In this document: positions 33,501-43,097 of the stretch, one piece after another
How positions within the stretch are numbered: the first letter of the stretch is position 1
Layout of the letters: every line of letters begins with the position of its first letter
Source: Trypanosoma brucei
Taxonomy: Eukaryota
Direction of reading: 5' to 3'
Assembly (NCBI GenBank): GCA_000002445.1
Contig: CH464491.1
Location: 2,048,001 to 2,112,000 of the forward strand
Length of the DNA: 64,000 nt
The notes under the pieces: generated by a model
The model's database searches: none
What the model was told of the DNA's origin: nothing
What the model saw: only the letters and a program-made list of their open reading frames with translations
Program-made: the position numbers and the translations under genes

Positions 33501-33832
33501 AGCATGTGGCACAACTGGCGGATTGGGTGGTGCAGCGGGCGGAGGAACTGACTGATGAGTCTATTGGTAAGTTGTGTCTTGTGTTAAGCGACACTAACTG
33601 GCGACACGTTCCACTTGTACGAGCAATAGCCGAGCAGTCGGTACGATTGCAAGGTCAACAAAGCATTTCTCCCAAGTGCTGCAGGGAGGTGCTAGATGTG
33701 CTCGGAACCTTTATGATACACCATCAGGGTGCCCGCGAGAATCTTTCGGCACTCGGTAGGAGTATAAGCAAAGAGAGGATTCAGCTTTCTGAAGAGGAGG
33801 AACAGCATCTTCAGCTTCTATTGAGACGCTGA
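30569..33832 (+). CDS. large hypothetical alpha-helical repeat protein (possible FASTK/heptatricopeptide-like, N-terminal presequence-like)
   Basis: The roughly 1090 aa ORF contains repeated Leu/Ala-rich helical units ('LARLLVGTENL', 'ANAIFGLGEVS', 'LLYGFSRMH', 'ISFAIAAFGRVKYLD', 'LLLTIRGVSRVMLL') like FASTK-like repeats. The N-terminus 'MNGRLYCLIRRITSPPVATRL' is Arg-rich and amphipathic. Alternative starts are 30476 and 30656. Confidence 0.5.
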   Translation: MNGRLYCLIRRITSPPVATRLIKEELCLSMAAIARLPLRRDQLAHVTNTEAITTRAQRISHLCTPTELGMIAEGAEALSCNRFDLADALIDGAYESVRRAASSTRLSHVSAIARYSASIKTYGNETITTLLKAGASLLQKNDSVPVLKSFLGVAQSHLTDGEMRVLIDEMCAKATEEQRLCINSIGTQSLAKDAAKCGEETLTKGNEDGDETAVDDEETQAWDMLRARQWMLQLVRCGKPPTAAEAVQAMELYAHFAVRDFVLHEKIEDLVLLVLPTGNKFHLNEMHKIVLRSPNLFPRVRNTLGQDHSGVSDVHRADRGVEWSDDPASSLTTTYTTSRAYSMLLLGQRLSEDIMFDVVQEQSETIPVDVAAQAACLFAEKGDIPEGVILRLSAELEHISPQGVTAFVRAARRDSSGALLPHYAAVLNRFTERDLCDTPLETLLQMCEVFALPAPRGTSEGDNDSINESQSKFQKALIVRLFSVIQGSRDVPFLCKVAKAVRAFDANDELIQFVCSSICAQGALSECEALIAFDMIRCCDFVYEPLLDAMEPVFRRLVESVSAMLEGKSTINDVEVRRCACFATLQSEFDCPDFETLASLLVHTVEKNVTGCPVELIPSVGLLCVRTRRTSALYIVGNKLEGNMQQLSDDAIGELARLLVGTENLATKELAVEFQSVVVSRLLRQQSLPPDVVALSAVVWLRQGDKVGTIDERSVDYIIKWMYAIGSSVYTDLCLAVHLSASVESLSNALIDDLPRRLELLTTNEMANAIFGLGEVSDMGARLSHQLVAERCSDYVVDHSQEFWSGKVIARLLYGFSRMHCTKRSLYNVFATRLAHRPVFSLLDQEAISFAIAAFGRVKYLDKKLFDRFTRWILDHSKDLNAAELLLTIRGVSRVMLLNDQLYDDLGSKAAEKVKEFPIESQCVLLSSFGSLGVEHERLASRMVSSIAENREELTDATKAVDVITSLWSMNYDVEDDKHVAQLADWVVQRAEELTDESIGKLCLVLSDTNWRHVPLVRAIAEQSVRLQGQQSISPKCCREVLDVLGTFMIHHQGARENLSALGRSISKERIQLSEEEEQHLQLLLRR

Positions 33833-34499
33833 CGGTTTGCTTTTTCACAGAGAACTTTCATGGATGATGTTTGACCATTATTTCTTGCCACGTTGTCCCT
33901 AGCACTCTCCTTTTACCACTTCTCAGTTGTCAACACGTGCCATGGGCCACTACCAGTGTAATTTATTTATTCTTTTTTTTTTGCAAGACTGGCAGGCAGG
34001 AAGGCGCCGGTGCGTGTGAGAAGATACATGCCCCTAAATGCAAGGCATCTACCCTCCCCCTCCGTATGATTGCGCGCACGGCATTTCGCATAATAATTTA
34101 TCATATGTTTGTGAGCGCGGCACGCGACGGAAGGACCGAGTAGCGAGTGGTGTTGATGGAAAGTTAAGTGGAGAGAGACGGCCAGAAGGGGGTTACTTAA
34201 CGGTTTCTGCACGAATAATAATTTTAAAAAATAGGATCTGTGTAGTTGCGGCAACGTAAATATACGTTTGCGCGTGAAGAGTTGTGAGGTTGTTCCGTCG
34301 TGTCCGTGTGCTGCCCTAGGGTAAGAATACGTGCATGCGCACATGCTGTCTAACGCACTTCTTTTTCCCTTTGCTTTACTTTATGTCTGCCCCGTTGAGG
34401 ATACATAAGGTGTGGGTGGGAAGCTTCACAGGAGTCGAATACGGGCAGCCATTAATTATTTTTTTTAGTTGGTGCTTCGATTTGCATTAATCACAAAAG

Positions 34500-35588
34500 A
34501 TGAAGGACCAACGAACCACTATTCTTGATTCCGTTCTCGACACGATCGGTTCAACACCATGCATACGCCTCAATCGCCTGCCGAATATGCACGGGATCCA
34601 GTGTGAAGTCGTGGCTAAATGCGAATTCTTTAACCCGGGGGGAAGCGTGAAGGACCGCATCGCGCTAAAAATGGTGCTTGACGCGGAGGCCAGTGGGAGA
34701 CTTCCTCCTAACAGCACGCTTGTTGAGGCAACGAGTGGAAACACCGGCATTGGCCTCAGTTTGGTGGGCTCCGTTCGGGGCCACCGCGTGGTGATCACAA
34801 TGCCAAAGAAGATGTCCCATGAAAAGGAGGTGGTGGTTCGCGCTCTAGGGGCTGAGGTTATCCGAACCGAAACTTCGCTGGCATGGGACCATCCAGAGAG
34901 CCTTATTGGTGTGGCACGCCGCCTGGAAAGGGAGGAGGGTTACGTGTTCTTGGATCAGTACAGGAATCCAAGTAACCCAGGGGCGCACTACGAATCTACG
35001 GGACAAGAGATATACGACCAGTGCGGTGGGAAGGTGGACATGGTTATTCTTGGGGCCGGTACTGGAGGCACAATCACTGGCGTGGCGAAGAAGCTGAAGA
35101 GTTTGCTCCCTGATGTTATTGTGGTCGGCGTCGACCCCGTCGGTAGTCTTCTGGCCGATCCCGCTAATCCACCAAAGGATGCCAAACCATACTTGGTTGA
35201 AGGTATTGGTTATGACTTTGTGCCAGATGTATGCGAGAGAGAATATGTGGATAAATGGGTAAAGTCCACTGACAAGGAAAGCTTCGAACTGGCATCACAA
35301 TTGCACCGTGAGGAGGGCCTATTGGTGGGGGGTAGCAGCGGTTCCGCCATGTGGGGAGTGCTGCAGGCGGCGAAGGATCTTGGCCCGAACCAACGTTGTG
35401 TTGTGGTCTTCCCGGACGGCATTAGGAATTACATGTCCAAGTTCCCTGATGTAAACTGGAGGATTGAGAAGAAACTTGAGTCCGGTGAGGTGACACGTCC
35501 CACATATGAAAACCTACAGGCAGAGCTTGAGGGTACGAGGAAGAAGCTGGCGGAATATGAAGCCAAACTCGGTTTAATTGGGAAGTGA
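34500..35588 (+). CDS. CBS: cystathionine beta-synthase / cysteine synthase family (PLP-dependent, short form)
   Basis: The PLP-lysine motif 'NPGGSVKDRIALKMV' and the glycine loops 'TSGNTGIGLS' and 'GAGTGGTITG' are present. At 362 aa it has no haem domain and no C-terminal Bateman domains. Confidence 0.85.
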   Translation: MKDQRTTILDSVLDTIGSTPCIRLNRLPNMHGIQCEVVAKCEFFNPGGSVKDRIALKMVLDAEASGRLPPNSTLVEATSGNTGIGLSLVGSVRGHRVVITMPKKMSHEKEVVVRALGAEVIRTETSLAWDHPESLIGVARRLEREEGYVFLDQYRNPSNPGAHYESTGQEIYDQCGGKVDMVILGAGTGGTITGVAKKLKSLLPDVIVVGVDPVGSLLADPANPPKDAKPYLVEGIGYDFVPDVCEREYVDKWVKSTDKESFELASQLHREEGLLVGGSSGSAMWGVLQAAKDLGPNQRCVVVFPDGIRNYMSKFPDVNWRIEKKLESGEVTRPTYENLQAELEGTRKKLAEYEAKLGLIGK

Positions 35589-35968
35589 TATTCTGGCAGT
35601 GAAGCGCAGGAAGGCACTGCGAAAAAAAAGGGGGGAAAAGCGGAAAAGACTCAACCAGCGAGTAGCCTGTACTTGAGGAGGTGATACGTGCTTTATTTTA
35701 TTTCTTAATTTCATTCTATATTTATATCGATTTCGTCGTTGTTATTTTATTCCAGGACATGTGCGGGGGACATCTGGCTTAAGGTGGTCGTTTAACTATA
35801 GGGGTTGTCTGCCGCAACTTTCCCCATATTTTGGATGTTTTCATTTTTCGCGTTCGTTATATTATCTAATTACCCGCCGGACCGCTTCTGTGTGTGTGAT
35901 AAAAGGCTTTACAACGGTATTCTGGTGAGCGGAGGCACCTCGCGCATCGTATCTATCTATAAATAATA

Positions 35969-35992
35969 ATATATATATATATATATATATAT
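35969..35992. repeat. (AT)n microsatellite
   Basis: Read directly. Confidence 0.85.
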
Positions 35993-36792
35993 TCTTCGCA
36001 TTTGGGAAGTGGGTAGCTCGGATGCGAGGCGCTGTTCTTTGTTGTAAATCCAGTGTGCTCAGCCCCCGCCGTTTTTATTAGTCATCGACTGTTACTATTA
36101 TTATCATTTATTTATTTTTTTCATCCTGGGCACTCTATCAAGCTCAGACGCACGCATATTCACGCTCATCTAAAATAATTTTGTCCAACAAAAAAAGTGA
36201 GGATGGTTGGGGAGGAGTAAAATCTCTCCTTCCTGTTAAAACATAATTTTCTGACAGCGACATTTGGTACTCTGTTAGTAAGCCCGACGGTGTTTTGTCC
36301 ATCTTCCCCATATATTCATGGACTTGGACGCGTCGCTGGACGTTTTTCCACTCATCTCCATCAAAAATTCCCGTGGTTTCCGCCACTTTATTTCCTTTCC
36401 CACTTCCCCTCGTTTCCCTCAATTAGAGAACAAAACTAACCCTTTATCAGGGCTAAATATTCACTTAGTTACTTGCCGCAAAAAAAAAAAAGGGAATTTG
36501 TAGCGGGGGTTGCGGAGAGCGATATTCCGTGGGGTCCCCACCGGCGCCAGGTGTTGACTTCCTTTTTTTTTTTGCGTCTGCGGCTTCATGTGATGCGGGT
36601 GTGCATCCGGACACCGCTGCGCTTGGTTGTTATTTGAATCTGGCCTTGGTCATTTTTTGGGGGATCACCGCCGCGGATGGAGACGTACCCCCCGTCCCGA
36701 ATTTTTATTTCTGCCGGGGGTTTGCCTTAATTTTTTTGCTTAAACAATGTCCTTTGCCTTCTCACCCTTCTCTCCTTCACTTAAGCGCGGCG

Positions 36793-37680
36793 ATGAATGC
36801 GGACGAAAAAACGCGGTATGACCGGCAAATGCGGCTCTGGGGGAAGAGCACGCAGGAAAGACTACGGAGGACGGAAGTCAACATCAAGGGCATAACTTCC
36901 GCCAATGCAGAGGTGGCCAAAAATTTGGTGCTCGCCGGCGTCGGTTCCGTCGTCTTGGACGATACGGCCCCTGTTGAGGCTGCCGATCTTAAGCACAGTT
37001 TTATTCTTCAGGGTTGTAAGTTGGGGGAACGGCGGGGTGAGGCTTCGGCGGGGAAGCTCCAGTCGCTTAACCCGTACGTGGCGGTGTCGTCGAGTCGGGA
37101 AATTAGAAATAGGGATGGGGCGCCGCAGAGCAACTCGTCGCTTCGGGTTGTTTTGGCACGCGCAAAGTGTGAGGCTGACATGCTCGAGTGTGCGGGGGAT
37201 CCACTGAGCGGGTCAGCGGATGTCATGCTGCTCACGGTCGACCTCGGGCACCTGACAGCGGGCTTCTTCCTTTACAGGAAACAAAAGATCCCTTTCGTGG
37301 CGCAATTAAGAGCATTACTCGATGAGGAAGTCGGCACGAGGCCCGTTGTGTTCCAGCGGGTGCTGTTGTTGTTAAAAATGGCTGAATGCCCACAGGAGCT
37401 TAATTACTTTGAGCGTCTTCTCTTTGCTAAGGATTTTGTGCGTCAACGTAGTCTGCTGCAACTGACGCGTGAAGATATCGAGTTTGCCGCGGCCGCCACT
37501 GGAGAGTTGATGCACAGCACCGCGATCGAAACCACAGTGGCGGGAGGCGTGTTTGCTCAGCTCATTATTCACACAATAGGAATGGGAAGCGAAGAAATGG
37601 GAGAAGGAGAATATGCCTGGGCAATTAGTGACACCAGCGACGGTGTCGAGGTTCAAGTGGGGCACCTGCGCAACCCGTAG
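36793..37680 (+). CDS. ubiquitin-like activating enzyme E1 regulatory subunit (AOS1/SAE1- or ULA1-like, ThiF fold)
   Basis: 'MNADEKTRYDRQMRLWGKSTQERLRRTEVNIKGITSANAEVAKNLVLAGVGSVVLDD' matches the 'YDRQIRLWG ... GLG.EIAKNLVLAGV' opening of AOS1/APPBP1. The start is the internal Met, since upstream codons translate a T-rich tract. Confidence 0.7.
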   Translation: MNADEKTRYDRQMRLWGKSTQERLRRTEVNIKGITSANAEVAKNLVLAGVGSVVLDDTAPVEAADLKHSFILQGCKLGERRGEASAGKLQSLNPYVAVSSSREIRNRDGAPQSNSSLRVVLARAKCEADMLECAGDPLSGSADVMLLTVDLGHLTAGFFLYRKQKIPFVAQLRALLDEEVGTRPVVFQRVLLLLKMAECPQELNYFERLLFAKDFVRQRSLLQLTREDIEFAAAATGELMHSTAIETTVAGGVFAQLIIHTIGMGSEEMGEGEYAWAISDTSDGVEVQVGHLRNP

Positions 37681-38562
37681 AGGGATCGATGCGCTCATAA
37701 GGCACGCAGCGCATGTGTTTTGGTCCGTATATTTCGTACCTTTCGCAGGCTGGATGGGATTGTGTGCAGCTGCCAACCAAAGTATCTCGTTTTCTACTCT
37801 TATGAGGGGGGGGGGGGGTTGGTTGGTGCCAATAAACTTATTCGGCGGTGTGCCTCTATTCAGGGGATAAAATGCGAAACTGCCGCAAACAAAACTCATC
37901 GCAACCTTTTCTCTTGCTTTTGTCTGTAACACTAGGTGCAGCCCCAAGGGTCAATCTATTGTTTAGCGAAGGCTCGTTGCCAAGTCTTCATGTGACGGTG
38001 CCCCCAACAGCACCTGGAAGTTGTACGGGGAGTGCTTGCCGCTGGAAGTAGCTCTCTCCTATCATTTTTTCTTTGTCCGCCAGGTGGGGTTGTTGAGATG
38101 TTGACGTCCCACAAACACATGTAACGATTTGCGTGGGTTAGTTGGTGCACGCGCACTCCAAATAATTCATGCCCTCGAACAGCCAACGCGATTGGGGCTT
38201 TGGAAATGTGATCTACGCTTGCGCCAACTTTTAGAAGATGTAGAAGAGAAGCCGCATTGCCCAACACCGCCCCAACACTTTAAACACACCAAGCGGCAGC
38301 AGAGTTAGAACTGAGAAACCATCCGGTTGCCCCGAGAAAGGGTACAAACGTGCACGCCGTCAGCACATACTACCATTGGCATCGAAACCATTGCGACAAA
38401 CAAATATAAACCGGCAGGAACCGATAGGAAATTTACGGAAGTAAAACTGTAAGCGCGCGTTCTTCCAAAGCACTGGCAACGCATGAGAAAGTGGGTGTGG
38501 ATATGCACAATTACCGATGGGTCGACGTCCTCCACCATCATCGGGCCCAAACCACATAACAC
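37681..38562. terminator. convergent strand-switch region between the plus and minus PTUs (putative Pol II termination zone)
   Basis: The last plus-strand CDS stops at 37680 and the first minus-strand CDS stops at 38563. There is no ORF and no tRNA-like T-loop in between. The region contains a G13 tract at 37806-37818. Confidence 0.5.
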
Positions 38563-40473
38563 TCACGCCGTCCAGACATCCTTCAAATACCGTTCATCAG
38601 TTGCGAGTTTCTCAAGCAATGCCGTCGCCTCATCCTCCTTCATTGCACCATATTTCTGCGCGATGTCCAGTAGCTGCCTCTCGACATCCCTCGCCATATT
38701 CTTTGCATCCCCGCATACGTAAACATTTCCTCCTCTGCTGATTATTTCCCATACTTCCTTCCCGCGTGCCGCTAAGCGGTGCTGCACATAAACTTTATCC
38801 GCTTGTTCTCTGCTGTAAGCAACATCCCGCACGGAGAGTGCCCCATTCGATAGACACTTCTCCATAAAGTCGGCATATATATGATCCTCCTCACGCCTCC
38901 TGCAACCAAAAAACAAAAGTGCATCACCAACTTTGTTACCCTTTTCCAGCCACGCGCTACGGCGGTGGAGAAATCCAATAAAAGGCGCTACACCCGTGCC
39001 CGGGCCAATCATGATGATTGGTCGATCCTTAGCTCGAAGCGGAAGGTGGAAGTTAGATTTTCGCACAAACACGGGAATGTTTTGACCCACGGCTGCCTGC
39101 TGAAGCAAATTCGTGCAGAGGCCACCCTCGACCACAGCAACAGTAATGGCCACACTCGTCGGGTGGGTCAGAGAATCAGACGAAATGGAAAAATACCGTG
39201 GGGCAATCCGCGGCATCATCTCCAAGAAGAAACTCAGCGGGGGAGACATCGACTTGAATCGCTGCAAAAAGCCAAGGACAGTCCTTAACTCCAAAACAAG
39301 CTTGCCATACGCCTCCACCGACTCGGGTTCAGTACTCAGCAGTTTTAACAAGGTGTCCTTTTCAACGGGATCAGTGCAATGGTGGGCGAAAGCACGCAAA
39401 GTAGACTTCTTGGGGGGCCCGGCAAGATCGATGTACCATGTGAGTGCAGTGCGAATTGACACGCGACAAGGAAAAACGTTCTTGCCAGTTGCTCTGTTCT
39501 GCAGCGAGATGACCTGACTTGATTCTTGCTCGCTCACGCCCAACACCCGCAGATAAGTGTTCACCATTTCGCTGGGGTTACTAGGAAGAACACCGAGGTG
39601 GTCACCAGCCTGGTAGGAGATAACAGTTTCTGATGTATCAAACTCAATTAACCTTGTACTTCTTCCGGTAGCATTGCTCAGCAGCTCCTTGTTCACCTTC
39701 ACTGGTGCCCAAGAAGGCAATCGTTGTGTTGGTTCCAACACTGACGCGAGCTTGGGGAACGGCAACGGGGCCTCTTCCGGAGGTCCCCATAATTTCATTC
39801 GGCATTCGGGTGCCACGGGTTCGGTTGAGTTCGATTTCAGTACTAGAGAAAGTGCGCGTCCCAAGACTGGCCAGAGGTTGTGACACCAGTTATCAAATTC
39901 TTCTTCGATGCTATTTCCACAGTCGCCATAACCGAGGGGATAGAAACGTTGAGCACCTAACTCAGACATGCGGCGGTCCACCGTGATGCCTTCACGGCAA
40001 AAGAACTTGTATTGCCGGTCCCCGAGGGCAAACACTGTGTATTTCACCCCACTTAATTCCTCTCCCACTGCACGGGAGTCGTCTACCAACCACTCATGGA
40101 ACCCGACCATGGTGTCCGTGGGTTCACCCTCACCATACGTGGCGCAGATAATAATGACATATTTTTCCCCTGCCAAGTCGGACGGACGATAATTTTCCAC
40201 GTCAGCAAGTTTCATAGGGACACCCAGTCTCAAGCCCTCTCGCGTAACAGTCTTAGCAAACATTTCAGCAGTACCTGTTTGCGAGCCGAAGAGAACGCGA
40301 ACGTCGACTCGAGAAGACGGTTGTGAAGGATATTGAGCAACCCCTACAACCTGTGGTGCGGCGGTTTTCCCCCTACCCCCACCACCGCGTATGAAAACCC
40401 CGGCAACGAACCATGCAAGGACCGCGATAATGGCGGTGGATATCACGAGGAAAATCATGAGATACAACGCCAA
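38563..40473 (-). CDS. CPR: NADPH-cytochrome P450 reductase
   Basis: N-terminal TM anchor 'MALYLMIFLVISTAIIAVLAWFVAGVFI'. The flavodoxin motif 'VLFGSQTGTAE', FAD-binding 'RYFSISS' and NADPH site 'IMIGPGTGVAPFIGF' are all present. Confidence 0.9.
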   Translation of the reverse strand: MALYLMIFLVISTAIIAVLAWFVAGVFIRGGGGRGKTAAPQVVGVAQYPSQPSSRVDVRVLFGSQTGTAEMFAKTVTREGLRLGVPMKLADVENYRPSDLAGEKYVIIICATYGEGEPTDTMVGFHEWLVDDSRAVGEELSGVKYTVFALGDRQYKFFCREGITVDRRMSELGAQRFYPLGYGDCGNSIEEEFDNWCHNLWPVLGRALSLVLKSNSTEPVAPECRMKLWGPPEEAPLPFPKLASVLEPTQRLPSWAPVKVNKELLSNATGRSTRLIEFDTSETVISYQAGDHLGVLPSNPSEMVNTYLRVLGVSEQESSQVISLQNRATGKNVFPCRVSIRTALTWYIDLAGPPKKSTLRAFAHHCTDPVEKDTLLKLLSTEPESVEAYGKLVLELRTVLGFLQRFKSMSPPLSFFLEMMPRIAPRYFSISSDSLTHPTSVAITVAVVEGGLCTNLLQQAAVGQNIPVFVRKSNFHLPLRAKDRPIIMIGPGTGVAPFIGFLHRRSAWLEKGNKVGDALLFFGCRRREEDHIYADFMEKCLSNGALSVRDVAYSREQADKVYVQHRLAARGKEVWEIISRGGNVYVCGDAKNMARDVERQLLDIAQKYGAMKEDEATALLEKLATDERYLKDVWTA

Positions 40474-40509
40474 CTATATATAAAAATAACCTTAAAACGA
40501 AACGCGCGC

Positions 40510-40527
40510 GCACACACACACACACAC
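40510..40527. repeat. (CA)n microsatellite just upstream of the CPR start codon (minus strand)
   Basis: 'cacacacacacacacaca' read directly. Confidence 0.85.
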
Positions 40528-40828
40528 TCACAATGTTTGTGATCGCTAACCCGACTCCGAATACGAAAGAGGGAAAGAGAGAATGGGGAAATTGAGCGAC
40601 AACTTCACACCACTTTCGTGCCGCCACAAAAAACACCAGTCGGCGCGTTACCCCACATTAGTGTCCATATTTCGTGTGTTTCTTGCTCGCTTTCACGCAC
40701 CGACGAATCTCAATGCCGTGAATACTCCTGTTGGGAACAGTGCGTGCTGAACCTGCATTAACATAATTCCAAGGAACCCCCAAGAACAGGAGAAACCCCC
40801 TCTTCAAACCAACTCCCGTCCTCATCAT

Positions 40829-41482
40829 CTACTCGTGTTGGCACCCATGACCGTAAGGCGGGAACCTAACGAATTCAAAACAGCCTCCTCCCCCCCCCCC
40901 CCAGTGTACACGGATGGGGGCACGTTTATGTAGTGATAGGGTTTGAAATGGATAACGTCGTGTGCCGATCCAGCCCACCTCGTTTCTTTCCTGGTTGGAG
41001 CGGAAAAAGCGATGGACCCATGACGGTGGACAAACACACCCACAGGCCCCGTGCAGCACCGCGCGGCCGCTCAGAGCCGTGGAGAAACAGTTTGGTTGAT
41101 ACAATTTCCAAACAACGGTCGCTATAAAGCAGAAATGTGTCACATGTGCAAACCCAACGGTGTTGTTGATCAGTGAGAGCTTCGTCAGGGGTAGAGAGGG
41201 GTTGTCCGGTAATGCAGGGCATCGGCACTCCCTGTGGCGGGGCCTCAGGTTCAGTTCGACAACCGACATGCAGTAGTTACAAATGATATGACGCGATACG
41301 TACGTTTGGCATACAGGCGCACAACGAGAGGGGGCCACGAACGGTGCGAGCGTTTCCTTTACCGTTTTACTTCGAACCCCTTTCGTTTTTGCTCCGTTTC
41401 CCATATCAGCTCTCGTTACTAGCGCCAGTCTACCGAACAGTTCGTGCGAAGTCGCCATGAACCAGTCTAGAAATGGGAACAC
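40829..41482 (-). CDS. questionable small ORF (hypothetical)
   Basis: A 217 aa ORF on the PTU strand in a 1.4 kb intergenic gap. It is partly built from the C14 homopolymer (GGGGGG) and has no recognisable features. Possibly a UTR. Confidence 0.2.
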   Translation of the reverse strand: MFPFLDWFMATSHELFGRLALVTRADMGNGAKTKGVRSKTVKETLAPFVAPSRCAPVCQTYVSRHIICNYCMSVVELNLRPRHRECRCPALPDNPSLPLTKLSLINNTVGFAHVTHFCFIATVVWKLYQPNCFSTALSGRAVLHGACGCVCPPSWVHRFFRSNQERNEVGWIGTRRYPFQTLSLHKRAPIRVHWGGGGGGCFEFVRFPPYGHGCQHE

Positions 41483-41864
41483 TCAAAAGTGTCGTTCTCC
41501 CCTCTCCAAGATGTGTATTTCGCAACGAACGTTGCCCCCAGAAGCCATCTGCTGTTTTCATTAGGTTCCATTACCTTTGGCGTGCTCGGTCCAGTGAATT
41601 CGCTTTTCTCGTCTCTGCACACCCACCCACTGGGCAGCTTCACCTGCTTCTCCTTCGACGTCGTGCGGCTACGCAACGCCTGTGGAGTAACGGCCCTTTT
41701 TCTTCGGTTATGGCGAACTGAGCTCCCGCTGTGAGGTCATGGGGGGAGCATTAGCCCATTCCCTCTCCCTCATCGGCTCCTTGTGCTGCTTGCGCCTTCA
41801 CTGAGCCGGCACATCCAATTCGCTCCTATCTTCACGTTGTCCACCCTAGTCCTCATGCTATTTA

Positions 41865-43097
41865 TTACTCAGCACCCGCAGCGGTTAAAGTTTCGCCCTC
41901 CTTTTCCTTGCTTCTTCTATTCCGCCTTTTCCTATCCGCTCGCCGCTTCTTTCGACGGTTCGCGCGTTTTTCGGCGTCCCTGCATCCTTTATCGTTCACT
42001 GCACTTTCGTCCGAATGATTGTCTAATTCTGCTGTGCGTTTGGGGAGTTTCAGCCCCTTCCCTTTCCGCCCTTCTAGCGTGCCCGAAACACCGTCAGTAT
42101 TACGATGTCCATCAAGATCGTCCAGCTTTGCCGCCTTCTTCTTCGACTGCCGCGAGCGCTTGCGCCGCTTTCCTCCACCGCTTTCGCCTTGTCCACCACC
42201 TTCTCGGGGCGGCGTTTTCGTCGTCCCCGAGCTGACTTCCCGCCTCTGTAAACCTGCCCCCGTCTGCCCCACCGATGTCAACTTCCCTGCATCGTCTTCA
42301 GTCCATTCTCGCACAAGTATCTTCATCGGTTTGGCGTTGGCAGGGGCACCTGCTTTCTTTTCATTCTTGCGCCGGCAGCTGGACCCTTTCTTCTTGCGTT
42401 GGTCCACGCCGGAAACCAAATACTTTACGAGATTTGAAATTTGTTTGCCCTCGCCCTCCTGTGACCCTTGTTGGTGTTGTTCCCGCAGCGATGTAGCGGC
42501 GGCGCCAGCCTGATGGGTTGTAGCCCCGTCCCCAGTATTCCCCCCTTCATGCATCCATCCTTTCGACATGTTATTACCAGCCGTCAACACCTCCCTGTTG
42601 CTTCCCAGCGCAGATACGCAAAAGGCTCTGTAGTTGTCGTCATCTTCGATGGATCCGGCACTAATACTGCGCAACCTATTGACCCAATCCTCTGACACAC
42701 CCCTTTTACTACGCATGCCCGAGGGGATTCTAAGACAAACAGGCGAGAGTTCCACGGTGGATTCCATTACGTTGCAGGTGCCAGCATCACCGGAGTGAAC
42801 CACTTTTCCGTCGAAGGTATCAGCCACAATCTCGAGAGCGCGATCGCACATCGCGAGGTTGCTGTCGGCCTGCTGGCGTGCCGTCGGTTGTATCGTAACG
42901 ACTGCTGTGGAGGGAATGGGGGGCAGGACGCCTTGTTGAGGACGCCCGGGGATTACGTACACCGTCGTTACCTCCTCCACACTATCAGTGGGGCAACCCT
43001 CAACGATGATCCGAGTGATGCTTTCGGCGGTTGTATCATGAGGAAGATGCCGTACTAACAGACGGATGGGGTAGCGTCGAGTCGTTGGTGGTGTCAT
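41865..43097 (-). CDS. candidate Smg4/UPF3-like protein (RRM-like N-domain + basic Lys/Arg-rich tail)
   Basis: 'YPIRLLVRHLPHDTTAESITRII ... IVADTFDGKVVHSGDAGTCNVMESTVELSPV ... IEDDDNYRAFCVSAL' resembles the human UPF3B blocks 'KVVIRRLPPTLTKEQLQEHL ... FRDRFDGYVFLDNKGQEYPAIVEFAPFQK ... IDDDPEYRKFLESYA'. The C-terminal half is highly basic, like UPF3. Confidence 0.45.
   Translation of the reverse strand: MTPPTTRRYPIRLLVRHLPHDTTAESITRIIVEGCPTDSVEEVTTVYVIPGRPQQGVLPPIPSTAVVTIQPTARQQADSNLAMCDRALEIVADTFDGKVVHSGDAGTCNVMESTVELSPVCLRIPSGMRSKRGVSEDWVNRLRSISAGSIEDDDNYRAFCVSALGSNREVLTAGNNMSKGWMHEGGNTGDGATTHQAGAAATSLREQHQQGSQEGEGKQISNLVKYLVSGVDQRKKKGSSCRRKNEKKAGAPANAKPMKILVREWTEDDAGKLTSVGQTGAGLQRREVSSGTTKTPPREGGGQGESGGGKRRKRSRQSKKKAAKLDDLDGHRNTDGVSGTLEGRKGKGLKLPKRTAELDNHSDESAVNDKGCRDAEKRANRRKKRRADRKRRNRRSKEKEGETLTAAGAE

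Noticed and set aside
37681-38562. Possible tRNA gene in the convergent strand-switch region
   Set aside because: I scanned for a GTTCGAATC-like T-arm and an acceptor-stem pairing and found neither. This needs tRNAscan to be definitive.
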